Translations under genes and position numbers: made by a program | From: Phoronis australis | Lineage: Eukaryota > Animalia > Phoronida | Direction: 5' to 3' | Assembly: GCA_002633005.1 (NCBI GenBank) | Contig: NMRA01000010.1 | Coordinates: 1,739,232-1,803,231 of the forward strand | DNA: 64,000 nt | The notes under the pieces: generated by a model | Database searches by the model: none | Seen by the model: the letters and a program-made list of their open reading frames with translations, nothing else | Told to the model about the DNA's origin: nothing | Part shown: one piece after another, positions 13,664 to 26,891 of the stretch | Position numbering within the stretch: the stretch's first letter is position 1 | How the letters are laid out: each line of letters starts with the position of its first letter

Positions 13664-14549
13664 TTAAAAATATGAAATTTGCGCCTGCGTTTGCTGAATG
13701 GCAAATGTTGACTCAATGATAGTTAGATGATTGTGACGTCATATGTCAAGAAACTGCTCACATATGATGTTCTGTTGTGTAATCTTTTACTTGCTTTAGC
13801 GAATGTTCACGTAGCGATCATTTACTCCAAGTTCGCCGCCGAGCGTTAAAAAGTATTGCCAGGCACACCCCAAAAATATGAGGCATAATAAGCCAGCTGC
13901 ATAAAAAAGTCACAAATAGGAACTCAAGTAGTAAGTTCCCTAAATCTTTTGCCTATTTGTGCCTTTGATTACTTACGGATGTAAACTTTTCCTATTATTT
14001 CATCTTTATTATGAGCTCCGGTTTGGCTAATGGCATTTTCTACTCATTCCTCCGTGATCCCGCCATATGGCGCGACTGTATGTTTTCACTCAGGGCCTGA
14101 TGCCGTCTGGAGGAGTTATCTAAACAATGTACCTCACGGGCGGATCACGCTTTCAGGAGGGATAGAAGGCAGCAATTTATTGGTTTGAGTTTAAATGTAT
14201 CTAGTGTATTCCCTTACCTAGCCAGCACGCAGATATCACGCAGTGGCACATGCTTCACCATTGGTTGATGCAACCTCAGCAGTCATTGGTTAGCTTTATA
14301 ACACCGTGAAAAAATGGCAGATTGTGAACGATTTTTAGCCTTGTCATGCAAGTGGAGTCGCAGCAACTATTTCGTTTCTGCAGTGATATTTAATAGCCGC
14401 GTGCTTGAAGCACGTACAATACTGAGCACATCTAGCGGCACGCAGGGAACCAGCGAGGGGTATTCCCAGTTTTCTATCCAATAAGGATTGAGACATCAGA
14501 CTCTGTATTAACTCATTGTTTGTGAACTTAATGCCTATTGGCTGTTATT

Positions 14550-15264
14550 TCTGGACTTCAGAACCATTTCTTCACAAGCCAATTATCAATTCAAGGAAAA
14601 AAACAGGAAGCGTGTTAACTTTGTAGAGGTTAGTAACTGTTGAAAGATAGAGATGTTCTTCCAAGAAATATTGTATGTTTGTTTCATTTGAAGACTAGAT
14701 TGAAGCTAATTGCTCTGAATTGGAGCCTAATTGGTGTTACATAACACTGCTGTCACCACTTAATCATCGGCTAGGGTGCCCCTGTTCATTTTTAAACAGG
14801 AGCACGACATCGCTTAAAACTTCCTTCCAGAACAGAGTGTTGGTTCCTTCAGCTATTTTTTTAAGGAAAGCGTCTCCCATTTTAAAAAAGTTATCAACTT
14901 TACAACCCAAAACTGCCACTGCAAAGTCACGTATGGTATTTGAGGTAAATAGTTTATGAAGCCACGATATTTTCAACAGTACTTAATAAAAAACTAAAAT
15001 CCATTTTTAAACCACCATGGTCCTGATTTTGTAAAATTTCATTTCGGCTAACTCTGTCATTGTTCCCAATCCAAATGAAGCCAAAAAAATCGCTCTAATT
15101 CTTGAATCATGTCAATGGAGGGGCTTTGGAGGGTTTGAAGCAAATGAACAGTCTTGGGCTATAAGAGTGTCTCAACTACAGTTATTTTACCTAAAACAGT
15201 AAGAATTCTTCTTGACCAAGACCCAACCATTTTCTTAATTTCCAAAAGCCTGCCACTATACATG
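14550..15264 (-). mobile_element. 3' part of degraded Tx1/L1-type LINE ORF2, continuing the element at 19401-22615
   Basis: Translates YSGRLLEIKKMVGSWSRRILTVLGKITVVETLL*PK, then KISWLHKL...FWKEVL, typical of the region after the RT domain; frameshifts and stops present; 3' limit approximate. Confidence 0.8.
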
Positions 15265-15266
15265 TA

Positions 15267-18200
15267 AGTCGCCACTTCTGGTGAGCCCTAATAAGGTCAC
15301 CAAAGAGGACTAAAGTTGGAAAATTGGGGGGTAGTCTGTGACGTTGACCTTAAACCTTGACCCCGCAGGAGACAGGAACCTACAAATAAGACACATTTGA
15401 AAACTTGCCCTTAACCTTGCTTTGAAAATGTCTCGGTTTGGTAGTCTTCAGGTTATTGGTCATGAACATATGACTTCGAAAAACCGTAGTTCATCTTGGC
15501 ACAACTTTTCTGATATTGCGAAGGGGGTATGTGAGTTTGGTGCACTCCTGGGCCCTTACCAAGGCCAAGAAAAGTATGATACCTACATTTGTAGAGGGGC
15601 GAGACAAGGGGCTATTAGATGCACAAAGAATTTTTAAAATCGAAGACAAAAAGGTTTTCGACCAAAAAAAAAACCTAGGGGTTTTTGGGGGCCGAAAAAA
15701 TTTTTGTCTCCAATTACAAAAATTCTTTCCCAGAGGGATGAGGAATGCCGAGAAACTAAGGCCTACCAAGTTTGAGTTTGATTCGATCATTAATGAGGTC
15801 ACACGGCAAAATCAAAGTTGAAAGACGTCATTTTGAGACCTTTTTCCCCCCTAAATTGTTTTAACCCCGATTTCAAAACTTCTTTCATCGTTGGATAGCC
15901 TTTTACTTACTGACTCCAAAAACGTAAGTCGCCGTTTCTGGTGAGCCCTAACAAGGTCACGGCAGAGGACTAAATTTGGAAAATTGGGGGCGGGGTAGTC
16001 TGTGACGTTGACCTTAAACCTTGACCCCGCAGAAGACAGAGACCTACAAATAAGACGCATTTGAAAACTTGCCCTTAACCTTGCTTTGAAAATGTCTCGA
16101 TTTGGTAGTCTTCAGGTTATTGGTCATGAACATATGACTTCGAAAAACCGTAGTTCATCTTGGCACAACTTTTCTGTTATTGCGAAGGGGGTATGTGAGT
16201 TTGAGGCAGTCCTGGGCCCTTACTAAGGCCAAGAAAAGTATGATACCTACATTTGTAGAGGGGGGAGACAAGGGGCTATTAGATGCACCAAGAATTTTTA
16301 AAATCGAAGACAAAAAGGTTTTCGAAAAAAAAAACCTAGGCCTATAGTCCAGGGGTTTTGAGGGGCAAAAAAATTTTTGTCTCCAATTACAAAAATTCCT
16401 TACCAGATGGGCGAGGAATGCCGAGAAACTAAGGCCTAGCAAGTTTGAGTTTGATTGGATCATTAATGAGGTCACACGGGAACATCAATGTTGAAAGACG
16501 TCATTTTGAGACCTTTTTCCCACCTAAAATTTTTTGACCCCGATTTCAAAACATCTTTCATCGTTGGATAGGCTTTTACTTACTGACTCCAAAAACGTAA
16601 GTCGCCACTTCTGGTGAGCCCTAATAAGGTCACGGCAGAGGTCTAATGTTGGAACATTGGGGCGGTAGTCTTTGACGTTGACCTTAAAACTTGACCCCGC
16701 AGGAGACAGGGACCTACAAATAGGACGCATTTGAAAACTTGCCCTTAACCTTGTTTTCAAAATGTCTCGGTTTGGTAGTCTTCAGGTTATTGGTCATGAA
16801 CACATGACTTCGAAAAACCGTAGTTCATCTTGGCAAAACTTTTCTGATATTGCGAAGGTGGTATGTGAGTTTGGGGCACTCCTGGGCCCTTACTAAGGCC
16901 AAGAAAAGTATGATACCTACATTTGTAGAGGTGGGAGGCAAGGGGCTATTAGATGAACAAAGAATTTTTAAAATCGAAAACAAAAAGGTTTTCTACCAAA
17001 AAAACCTAGGCCTATAGTCCAGGGGTTTCAGGGGGCCGAAAAAATTTTGTTTCCAATTACAAAAATTCTTTACCAGATGGACGAGGAATGCCGAGAAACT
17101 AAGGCCTACCAAGTTTGAGTTTGATTGGATCATTAATGAGGTCACACGGGAACATCAAAGTTGAAAGACGTCATTTTGTGACCTTTTTCCCGCCTAAAAG
17201 TTTTTGACCCCAATTTCAAAACTTCTTTCATCGTCGGATAAAATTTTACTTAGTGACTCCAAAAACGTAAGTCGCCACTTTTGGTGAACCCTAATAAGGT
17301 CGCGGCAGAGGACTAAAGCTGGAAAATTGGGGGGTAGTCTGTGACGTTGACCTTAAACCTTGACCCCGCAGGAGACAGGGACCTACAGTAAGACCTATTT
17401 GATAACTTGCCCTTAACCTTGCTTTTAAAATGTCTCGGTTTGCTAATCTTCAGGTTATTGGTCATGAACATATGATTTCGAAAAACCGTAGTTCATCTTG
17501 GCACAACTTTTCTGATATTGCGAAGGGGGTATGTGAGTTTGGGGCACTCCTGGGCCATTACTAAGGCCAAGAAAAATATGATAATAACATTTGTAGAGGG
17601 GGGAGACAAGGGGCTATTAGATGCACAAAGAATTTTTAAAATCGAAGACAAAAAGATTTTCGACCAAAAAAAAAACCTAGGCCTATAGTCCAGGAGGTTT
17701 TGGGGGACGAAAAATTGTTTCTCTCCAATTACAAAAATTCTTTCACAGATGGACGAGGAATGCCGAGAAACTAAGGCCTACAAAGTTTGAGTTTGATTGG
17801 ATCATTAATGAGGTCACACGGGAACATCAAAGTTGAAAGACGTCATTTTGTGACCTTTTTCCCGCCTAAAAGTTTTTGACCCCAATTTCAAAACTTCTTT
17901 CATCGTTGGATAAAATTTTACTTAGTGACTCCAAAAACGTAAGTCGCCACTTTTGGTGAACCCTAATAAGGTCGCGGCAGAGGACTAAAGCTGGAAAATT
18001 GGGGGGTAGTCTGTGACGTTGACCTTAAACCTTGACCCCGCAGGAGACAGGGACCTACAGTAAGACCTATTTGATAACTTGCCCTTAACCTTGCTTTTAA
18101 AATGTCTCGGTTTGCTAATCTTCAGGTTATTGGTCATGAACATATGATTTCGAAAAACCGTAGTTCATCTTGGCACAACTTTTCTGATATTGCGAAGGGG

Positions 18201-19400
18201 GTATGTGAGTTTGGGGCACTCCTGGGCCATTACTAAGGCCAAGAAAAATATGATAATAACATTTGTAGAGGGGGGAGACAAGGGGCTATTAGATGCACAA
18301 AGAATTTTTAAAATCGAAGACAAAAAGATTTTCGACCAAAAAAAAANGTCGTGCTTACTTCCTCTCATAGAAGCACCCTTTTTACGCAATCTCAGACTCA
18401 GTTGGCACGGCTGCAAGCCATTTCACCATGTATTTAAAGGGATCGCGAAATCGAGGCTGTTGATTTATCACCACTAGTACACGCACGCCCTCTAGTTATT
18501 GTAGATTTTCCGAATAGCCCCATTGCAAAAATTCTTTCCTAGATGGACGAGGAATGCCGAGAAACTAAGGCCTACCAAGTTTGAGTTTGATTGGATCATT
18601 AATGAGGTCACACGGCAAGATCAAAGTTGAAAGACGTCTTTTTGAGACCTTTTTCCCGCCTAAAACTTTTTTGACCCCGATTTCAAAACTTCTTTTATTG
18701 TTGGATAGCCTTTTACTTACTGACTCCAAAAACGTAAGTCGCCTCTTCTGGTGAGCCCTAATAAGGTCACGGCAGAGGACTAAATTTGGAAAATTGGGGG
18801 GGTAGTCTGTGACCTTGACCTTAAGCCTTGACCCTGCAGGAGACAGGGACTTACAAATAAGACGCATTTTAAAACTTGCCTTTAACCTTGCTTTGAACAT
18901 GTCTCGGTTTGGTAGTCTTCAGGTTATTGGTCATGAACATATGACTTCGAAAAACCGTAGTTCATCTTGTCACAACTTTTCTGATATTGCGATGTGGGTA
19001 TGTGAGTTTGGGGCACTCCTGGGCCCTTACTAAGGCCAAGAAAAGTACGATACCTATATTTGTAGAGGGGGGAGACAAGGGGCTATTAGATGCACAAAGA
19101 ATTTTTAAAATCGAAGACAAAAAGGTTTTCGACCAAAAAAAACCTAGGCCAGGGGTTTTTGTGGGCCGAAAAAATTTTTGTCTCCAATTACAAAAATTCT
19201 TTCCCAGATGGACGAGGAATGCCGAGAAACTAAGGCCTACCAAGTTTGAGTTTGATTGGATCATTAATGAGGTCACACGGCAAGATCAAATTTGAAAGAC
19301 GTCATTTTGAGACCTTTTTCCCGCCTAAAACTTTTTGACCCCGATTTCAAAACTTCTTTCATCGTTGGATAGCCTTTTACTTACTGACTCCAAAAACGTA
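15267..19400. repeat. Tandem array of roughly 670-bp monomers inserted in the LINE ORF2 (at least 6 units; contains an assembly gap at 18347)
   Basis: Monomer starts (agtcgcc...) at 15267, 15927, 16600, 17270, 17942 and 18737; complete monomers end ...ctccaaaaacg followed by TA; lengths 660-673 bp. Confidence 0.95.
18348..18521. mobile_element. Right part of an AT-target MITE inserted in a monomer (left end lost in the gap)
   Basis: Sequence unrelated to the monomer ends ...ccgaatagcccc followed by ATtgcaaaaattc, at the monomer position ccaATtacaaaaattc; consistent with ISL2EU-type AT insertion. Confidence 0.5.
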
Positions 19401-22400
19401 CGTGTAGTTAATATCTGGCATTGTATTATAATCAGTGGAGAAGTTAATTCCCAAAAACATGAAAGGTTTGTTAGTCCACAACAGGTTTTCATTGACACAA
19501 TGTTTTTCGTCAGAGTCTTTTTGAACCAATCCAAACACATCTTGTTTTCTCGATATCTGGCTTCAAACCAGAAAATTTCGCAAGTTGGTCAATTAAATTC
19601 AAAGATGATCTAGAGGTAATTCAGAACTGTCCAAAATTAAACAAGTGTCGTCGGCGTACTGGGTCAGTTTAAACTCAGAAGCACCCCAGTGATGCCGCCA
19701 TCCCGTCGAATTAATTACCCAATATTTCTACACATAATAAAAAGGTAAGGAGAAATGGGGTCTCCTTGACGACAGCCTCCCCCCATTTCAAAAAACTCAG
19801 AGAAAAATTCATGTTCGAGAACACAAAGACAAGATTTGTTCTAGAGAGGTTTGACCATGTCAATGAACCTTAGGCCAAAGTTAAAGTATGATAATGACTT
19901 GAGCATGAAAGACCAGGAAACCGAGTCGAAAGCTTTTTCAAAATCGATCATTAAGAGGAGTCCGGGAAAGGGTTTACAGTTTAAAAATTGAATTTTACAA
20001 TATAAAATTCTTATGTTTTCCCCAATATATCTGCCTTTCATGAAACTTTGTTGGTTCTCGTGAATAAGGGGTCCGTGAACGCTTTTTAAGCGTCTAGCAA
20101 TACAACCAGACAAAATTTTGTAAGTAATATTCAATAGTGAAATTGGACGCCAATCTTTAATGAATTCTCTTTTGGTATTATTGAAATAATACGCAGTTTT
20201 TGTGTTGTAGATAATTTTCTTTTATTAATACCTTCTTCAAAAGATCGGCATTAAGGTCTGGCCAAAATTTTTTTAAAATTCTACAGGACTTTTGTTGTTT
20301 TTTAAATCTTTCAGAGTTGCATGAATTTCCTTCAAAGTGATAAAATTTCCAAGTTCGACTCGGTTGGGCACGATGCCAAAAGTTCATTTAAATTAACATC
20401 AACAAGGTCGCCGTCTTTACAGTAGTATATATTTTTAATAAGAAGTGATCTCCGAGAGGATAGCGGATTGTTCCTTGATAGCAGCATTATTGAAGCTTAG
20501 TAGCTTAGTTACATTCTTATTCAAAAAAATTCGTTTTTCTAATTCACAAAAATATTTTGTTGGTTTTTCGCCATTTTCAACCCAGTTAGTTCTCGATATG
20601 ATGTCATGCATGTATTCTCTGTGATAATCCTCATATTCTGACTTCTTATTTTCTAATAGAGCAGCAATTTCAGGATCGTCACTCTCGTTGAACCTATCTT
20701 GTAAGGACATCAACTGCTCTTCCAAGTCTTTTCCTTTTCTAGTTTTTCTTTTTCTTAGAGATGCAATATGGAATAGTTACCGTTCGAATATTTAACAATA
20801 ATGTCTCCAAATACAATTAATCAGATATATATAACTGAAGATTATCAGAGTCAATTTCTTGTATTTTGTTCAAATCGTATACTGGAAGAGCATGTTGAAT
20901 TTTCTTACATAAAATCTCATTCTTGACGAGATTAATATATTCTTTTTTTAGAAGTGAGTTATAAAGCCCCCGTCCTTTTTGAAGGTAGTTAATTGAATAG
21001 TTAAGACGGCGTTGTCATGGTCCGATCGGTAGCCCGAGTGTATTTCCGCATTTTCGATACGCGAGAGTGATAAGAAAATAATCTAACCTAGCCTTTTCAA
21101 CCGGATTTGTCCTGGACCATGTAAACCTTTTCGTTGAGGGATGATAAACACGCCATGGGTCCGACAGATCAAGAGCCACCTCCATCTTCAACATTTGGTC
21201 ACGCGCTTCAGGGTTATTTACTGAGATATAATTATAACAATCAAGGTGAAAATCTTGGACCAAATTAAAATCGCCAGTTACAATAACAAAATCGTTATTG
21301 TAACTGGCGATTTTCTGTGAAATGTCATTAAAATATTTAGGTCTATCTTTGTTTGGTCCATAAATATTCACCAACATAATAGAGAAACAGTTATTTACTT
21401 CAAGCTCTAAAATTAGGAGGAGATTTCCTTCAGTATCTAAAGTAAAAGATAGCGCTTTAAATTCAAAATTACTATTAAACAAGATGGCAACACCCCTGGC
21501 ATCACTTCGACCATGGCTGAAAAAACAGCCATATCCCCCACTGAGCTCGAATTATGGGTTCTTCCGCAACAGTAAAGTGCTAGTGTAGGTAAAAAGTACT
21601 GTACGCACACTGCCTTATATAATGGAAAACATCTCGTCTTTTTGACCGAGTTCCTAGACCTCTACAGTTAAAAGATGCAATTTTTAAATTGTTCGCCATA
21701 CAAAGATAATAGAGGTACTTCTAAACTCAACCATACAACATTGCTCATTAAGTACAAATGAATCACACTGTGTGTTCTTAACATCCTAAAAACAACCTAA
21801 ACCAATATAAATAATAAATTCTTCTGATGAAACATTCAGTGAAACACATCGACAATAAGTGCTCAACGAGTTTTAGAGACCATTTGGTATGTATGTTACC
21901 AATTGTACTGTATTCATCACGTAAATTGAATTGTGACCCATGCAATGGAACAATGCCAATCTAACAGCAAATGACATAATGGTACTTACACGACAAAGGC
22001 TAGAAGCAAAATATTCAAAAACACGAAGACCTGAAAAGACGAAGCAAAATAAAAGAAATTTGGCATCCGATAAAGGACATGTTATTATATGTCTTCGCCT
22101 TTCAAAATTATAAAAATTACATGAGGACAATAGGGACTCATAGCTAATAACTGGAAAGATTGGGCACAGAAAAAGCAGGACCTAATACCGACATTTTTAA
22201 TTACAAGACCTTAGCCGCGAACACGAATCTATGAACAGCAGTTGGTTCGGTGTTCTGCACGCCATCTTTCTAGAGTTCTTGATCGCCACTATTCACTGAA
22301 AGTGGGAATTGCATTCATATTGTCAACTGTATAGGTTATGCAGTCAATCATCAACCGATCTCTATTCAGCCATGCTTTGCTTACATGCGGGCACCGTCTC

Positions 22401-22615
22401 GCTGACCTGAGAAAAAGTATCAGGCGCTTTCGATTGACAGTGATCTCATGTAGGAAGTCCTCAATCACAAAAATTTTCGAACCTTGAAGCCTTCTCTTTT
22501 CCATGGTTAATACCCAGTCCGTTCTACTGGGAAGTTCTGCCAACACCTTTTCTGCTGGTTGATTGTTGAGGTTTAAAAATCCAAGATTCTTTTTTGATGT
22601 TGTATGTTCATACAT
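19401..22615 (-). mobile_element. Degraded Tx1/L1-clade non-LTR retrotransposon: ORF1 C-terminal remnant, APE endonuclease and reverse transcriptase
   Basis: ORF1-like IFVIEDF...RKRL...AWLNRDRLMID (22289-22615); ORF2 start MANNLKIASFNCRGLG at 21699; NIYGPN, TGDFN, RLDYFL; EKPTKYFC; WRPISLLNITYKI; IDFEKAFDSVSW; GCRQGDPISPYLF; QYADD near 19650. Many frameshifts. Confidence 0.93.
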
Positions 22616-23724
22616 TTTGACTTGTTCAGCACTTTATATCGTCACATGAGCTAATTCTACTGTAAAAAGAAGGAAAATACACAAAATATTTGTACTGTTA
22701 GTCGTTACCGTAAGGGTTGAAATTTACTGAAATTTACTCTTTTCGCTAAAGCCTGTGGGAGGGAGCTTCAGATACCTACAAAATACTCATCAGATAATTA
22801 TTTGACAGGCATCACGATGCATACTTTCTAAAAATTCCAGTTATGTATATTTGAGGAAGATCAAGGTCGTTGCATTTAATAATTACATCCTCCAGAATTT
22901 GTACGTATTACAAGCTCTTACCATAACATCTCACTATATTACCAACCTCCTCTGCACTGTAACAAGATTACTGTTCTGCGTCCTATGTGAAAATATTTGA
23001 ATGCAGTTATAAGTGCCATTTCCTTGATGTTCATGTTCAAATAAATGGAAGTTGAACGTTTTGAATAAGGGGACATTTTTACTTCCACGCCAATGGAAAA
23101 AATTGGTTATGCAGTCAAGATTTTTTTTCGTGTGACCGCTCGAGCAGACATTCCAAACAATTCTTTAGGCTTAAATGTATTGTCGCTGAACTAACTATAC
23201 AACTCTTAGAAAAAAACACAAATAAGAGACGACTTCATAACACATACTCAAGTCTGTTGGAGGCTAAACGTTGTATGTTGTCTTAATACATGCTTCACTC
23301 TGATATAGTGTATTTTAGGGATTGATTTGAGTAACGCTGTGTTATATACGCAGGACTCGCTGTGAGAGTATGAACGGAATCACGTTTTGTAATTTGTTGG
23401 CAAACTAAAGTAGCCCCTCCCCGGAACCTCCACAATCATCAGCTCTTTCATTCTCGTCCCATATCCTTCATGCTACTGCCTCATCACTACCAATTTGCAG
23501 TGAATGTCTTCACCAGACTACACAGAAAAATAGCTAAACTTAGCAGAAGGGGTACAGCTCGACCCCTTCTTGGTCTTCTGATGGTCCCAAAACCCTCTAA
23601 ATTAAAAAAATACCTTCATATCTACTTAACGTAAACAAATCGTGCTGTTTGGTATGCATCTTTTTTATACAACTGCCGTGTGATCACTGTAGGTGAGTAG
23701 CCAAATGGTGCAAGGTATACTTAG

Positions 23725-24485
23725 TAAATAGAGAATCCTACACGATTCTCAGGTTTAAGACATGAGCAAAACCTCTTGGAAATATCCAAGAGGTTTTGCC
23801 CATGTCATAAATCTGAGACCAGTGTAGGATTTGTTTTCTCACATGAACCGTAAAAATGATCTTTTCGCTGAAAAACTCGACGTGTCTAAAACTTTCAACC
23901 ACACGACGTAACTTTTGTAAAAATACGCAATATAAAGTAATTCAGTTACTTTTTGTCAATAGTTTTATTTTAAGCTTAACAATTGAAAATTGCATTCTGC
24001 TTTCGTAGTAAATATTCAAGTTAGAATCTAATAAATAGTCTTTGAAGTTGGAATATTAAAACTTAAAAATGTTTACAAATAACAGTCCGCAAGGCTTCCC
24101 CTCGCGTGAGCACTGAATTGACCTTGAGACGGCACAGTAAGACAGTCTTGCCGCGTTTCTCGTCTCCGTTTGAATGAATGTTGATATGGCATTCGCCGCC
24201 GAAGATGGGTCCATTAAAGAAGTTATTTACATGTCCTTCCGACTGGGAGCACGCCCATTTGGGACACCCGATTTGTCAGTCATAACCTTGCCACCTTCTC
24301 GGAATTCCGGCATTGTTAGGTTGGCGCGAGTTTGGTTGTTTTAGTCTTTTGCAGACGATAAAATGCAAGGCGTATGGATTTCTACTTTGCGCTACTTTGT
24401 GATTCGCCCATGTAATATCAAAAAATTACTTGCTCGGTGTTATTAACCAGTCGTGTAGTAACACATTCTAGGTCATGTGAGAAAA
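23725..24485. mobile_element. Crypton-like non-autonomous element with a long subterminal palindrome
   Basis: 98-bp imperfect palindrome at 23734-23831 (aatcctacac...cctcttgga-aata-tccaagagg...gtgtaggatt), plus inverted pair ttttctcacatga (23834) and tcatgtgagaaaa (24473). Architecture recalled from invertebrate non-autonomous Cryptons; family call is an inference. Confidence 0.45.
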
Positions 24486-25571
24486 GAACATGTTAGCCAC
24501 TAAGCGAGCAAAAGACCAAACTTTTGTCTTAGTGTATGTGCTAAACTAGTCCAATACTACTAAATCACACTGGTTTCATATTCACTCATATTATATCCTT
24601 TGCTTGCTTTCTCATGGAAAATGGCCAAAATCAGCCCGTTGAAAATTCGAAAAAATTCTCAACTTATAAAAATGTCTTTCTTAAATGAATAGAATAGTCT
24701 TTCAAACGTGCTTCTGGATCTTAAGAACAGACACATTCACAGAAAAAAACATGGTTATTCCTAACTTTTAAGATGTCTAATAGTCTTGCATAGTTGACAG
24801 TTTTTTATATCGAAAAGGCCATTTTGCAAGATCAGCATAAAAAGGAAAACAAGGCTTGTGTCAGAAAAACCAAAGGTCCATATCTAGGGATAGACCACGC
24901 CCTCATATTGTTTCATGAAAATCTGTGACGGTCGATGTAGAACCACTCGTAGGTGCTCTCAGAAACTGCTATTTTAAGACCTTTCCTGCTATCATATTAA
25001 CAAATTTTCACTGAGGTGCGGTGGAATGTGCTAATGACATACGGAAAAAGGCAATTCTCTTGAAATACCTATAGAAGAAGGACATCATATGTCCCATACA
25101 TTACCCACTGAGAAGAAGAATTTGCGACTGCATAGTCGGATAATTTTGATCCCAGCCGATGTCAAAAACTAAAATAAAGAAGTAAACTTGACCAAATCAA
25201 ACAATTGGAGAGGTTGATCATGAGATTTATTCCTGTACTTTTTAATTAATCAAACAGTTCAAAGGTCACCCTTTGCAGAATTTTTTGTTTTCACATTGTA
25301 AAAGAATACAACTGCACTTTGTTTAGCGTAGATTATGTTAAAATCACATGGTCGTATAGTTCCTGCTATGCATTCGCACAGTTAGCAACATGCAAATTAT
25401 CTGGATAGCTCAACACATGTAAAGGTAAGCGAAAATCCGTCAAAGAAGCCTATGTGAAATGGTAAAAAAATCGTTCACACGTGGTTCGCACCCGTTCCTA
25501 AGGGTACTTGTGACCGAGGCATCAGACAGAATTCACATGAACGACATATGTGTATAAATGTGTCAACGTTT

Positions 25572-25658
25572 TCACTGTGGTACAATAGTTGCAAAGAGAA
25601 GCGAAGCGCACACGATGGCCAACGAGAAACTTCGAGAACAGGCTCGGCTTCCGGGCTC
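25572..25658 (-). CDS. Reeler-domain protein, last coding exon (GPI-signal-like tail)
   Basis: Acceptor ttcctctttgcag, phase 0; EPGSRACSRSFSLAIVCASLLFATIVPQ then TGA. Confidence 0.7.
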   Translation of the reverse strand, partial: EPGSRACSRSFSLAIVCASLLFATIVPQ

Positions 25659-26891
25659 CTGCAAAGAGGAATATCGGATACATGGTAAAGTTATAAACAC
25701 CTTTTAAATAATCTTTGAACTTGGCTGCAAAGATTTTTATTTGTTGCTTCTAGTGAATTATGTAGTGTTTTAAAGTGGTCTACAAACGACATTTGACGCA
25801 CAATATTTGAATGACTTCCGGGAGATCAAATCGCGAACAATTCTACCATTCTATTGTTAACATAATTCTCTTTTACAGACACAAAATACAGTGATATACA
25901 CACAAATATTCCCATCTCTTTATCTTTTACACCATTGATAAAAATTGTCCACTTTTTGAAGAAAATGTGAACGTTAATTTTCAAAAAACTGGAACGTGAC
26001 CTGACGCCTAATGTGGCCGCAAAGTTGGACTTCAACATGGTCATCATAATGACGCTAGAATGTAAAAATTCAGGTAACGTTTTTGACGGGACTTTGTTTA
26101 AATTTGTGACACGTGAGATACCAAACAGGAATATAATAGCTGGAAGATGTATTGGAATCCAAGTTGTTGTCAAAATGGACTTAATATACAATATGAATAA
26201 TCAGTGTGATCAATTCTGTTAATTGTCAAATTTGTTATGTAAATATTATATATTAGTTTAGTGAGAATTTGACCACGGTTAAATGTAGGGGTTTCGCCCG
26301 AAAATGACCAAAGAGCGGGCCTTCTATATTAATTTGTAATACCCTCCCCAAAGGCAACCGAAAAGTGAAGCGCCTAATGTTAATGTAAGGACCAGCTCTT
26401 TGATCATCTTCGGGAGGGCCCCCTAATAAGAATAAGTCATTTAAAATAATAAGCTGTTAATAACGCATCCACAGTGTTGTTAAAGCTGTGTAAAATCAAA
26501 ATCTTTTCGATTTTAACAGATTGCAGACTGAGTGCAGCGCATTAAATTTCATTCAAGGAAAATCAAACTTTAAATTCAGATGTGCTTGTGTTGTTATCGA
26601 CTTACTTGAGTAGTAATGCAAAAAAGAGGAGCAAAAATGTTGATTTTCTTAAAATCTTAATAATTTGTTTGACACTAAGCAAGGGAGTGAATCCAATTTA
26701 CACTAATGTCATCATATTTCAATAAACGATGGCGGACGAAATAAGCGTCATATCAAGCATGCACCTTGACCTAGACTTTAATTGCATAATTTCTCCTTTA
26801 TCAAAAGATATAATGGTACGAACCAGATTAACTGCATCTGTATATCGGGTGGCGATAAATTATATGAAATAAAGAGTGTACGATGACTTAC

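Noticed and set aside
15422-19295. Recurrent 70-110 aa ORFs on both strands in the 670-bp array
   Set aside because: Stops and indels differ between copies and no domain is recognisable; they are by-products of the repeat.
15267-19400. CRISPR-like or LTR interpretation of the array
   Set aside because: No unique spacers and no cas genes; monomers lack TG...CA ends, a PBS, a PPT or an internal region.
22600-22662. Minus-strand acceptor (ccttctttttacag|TAG) as an alternative last exon giving a secreted reeler isoform
   Set aside because: Only a splice-like motif at the LINE edge; no supporting evidence without transcripts.
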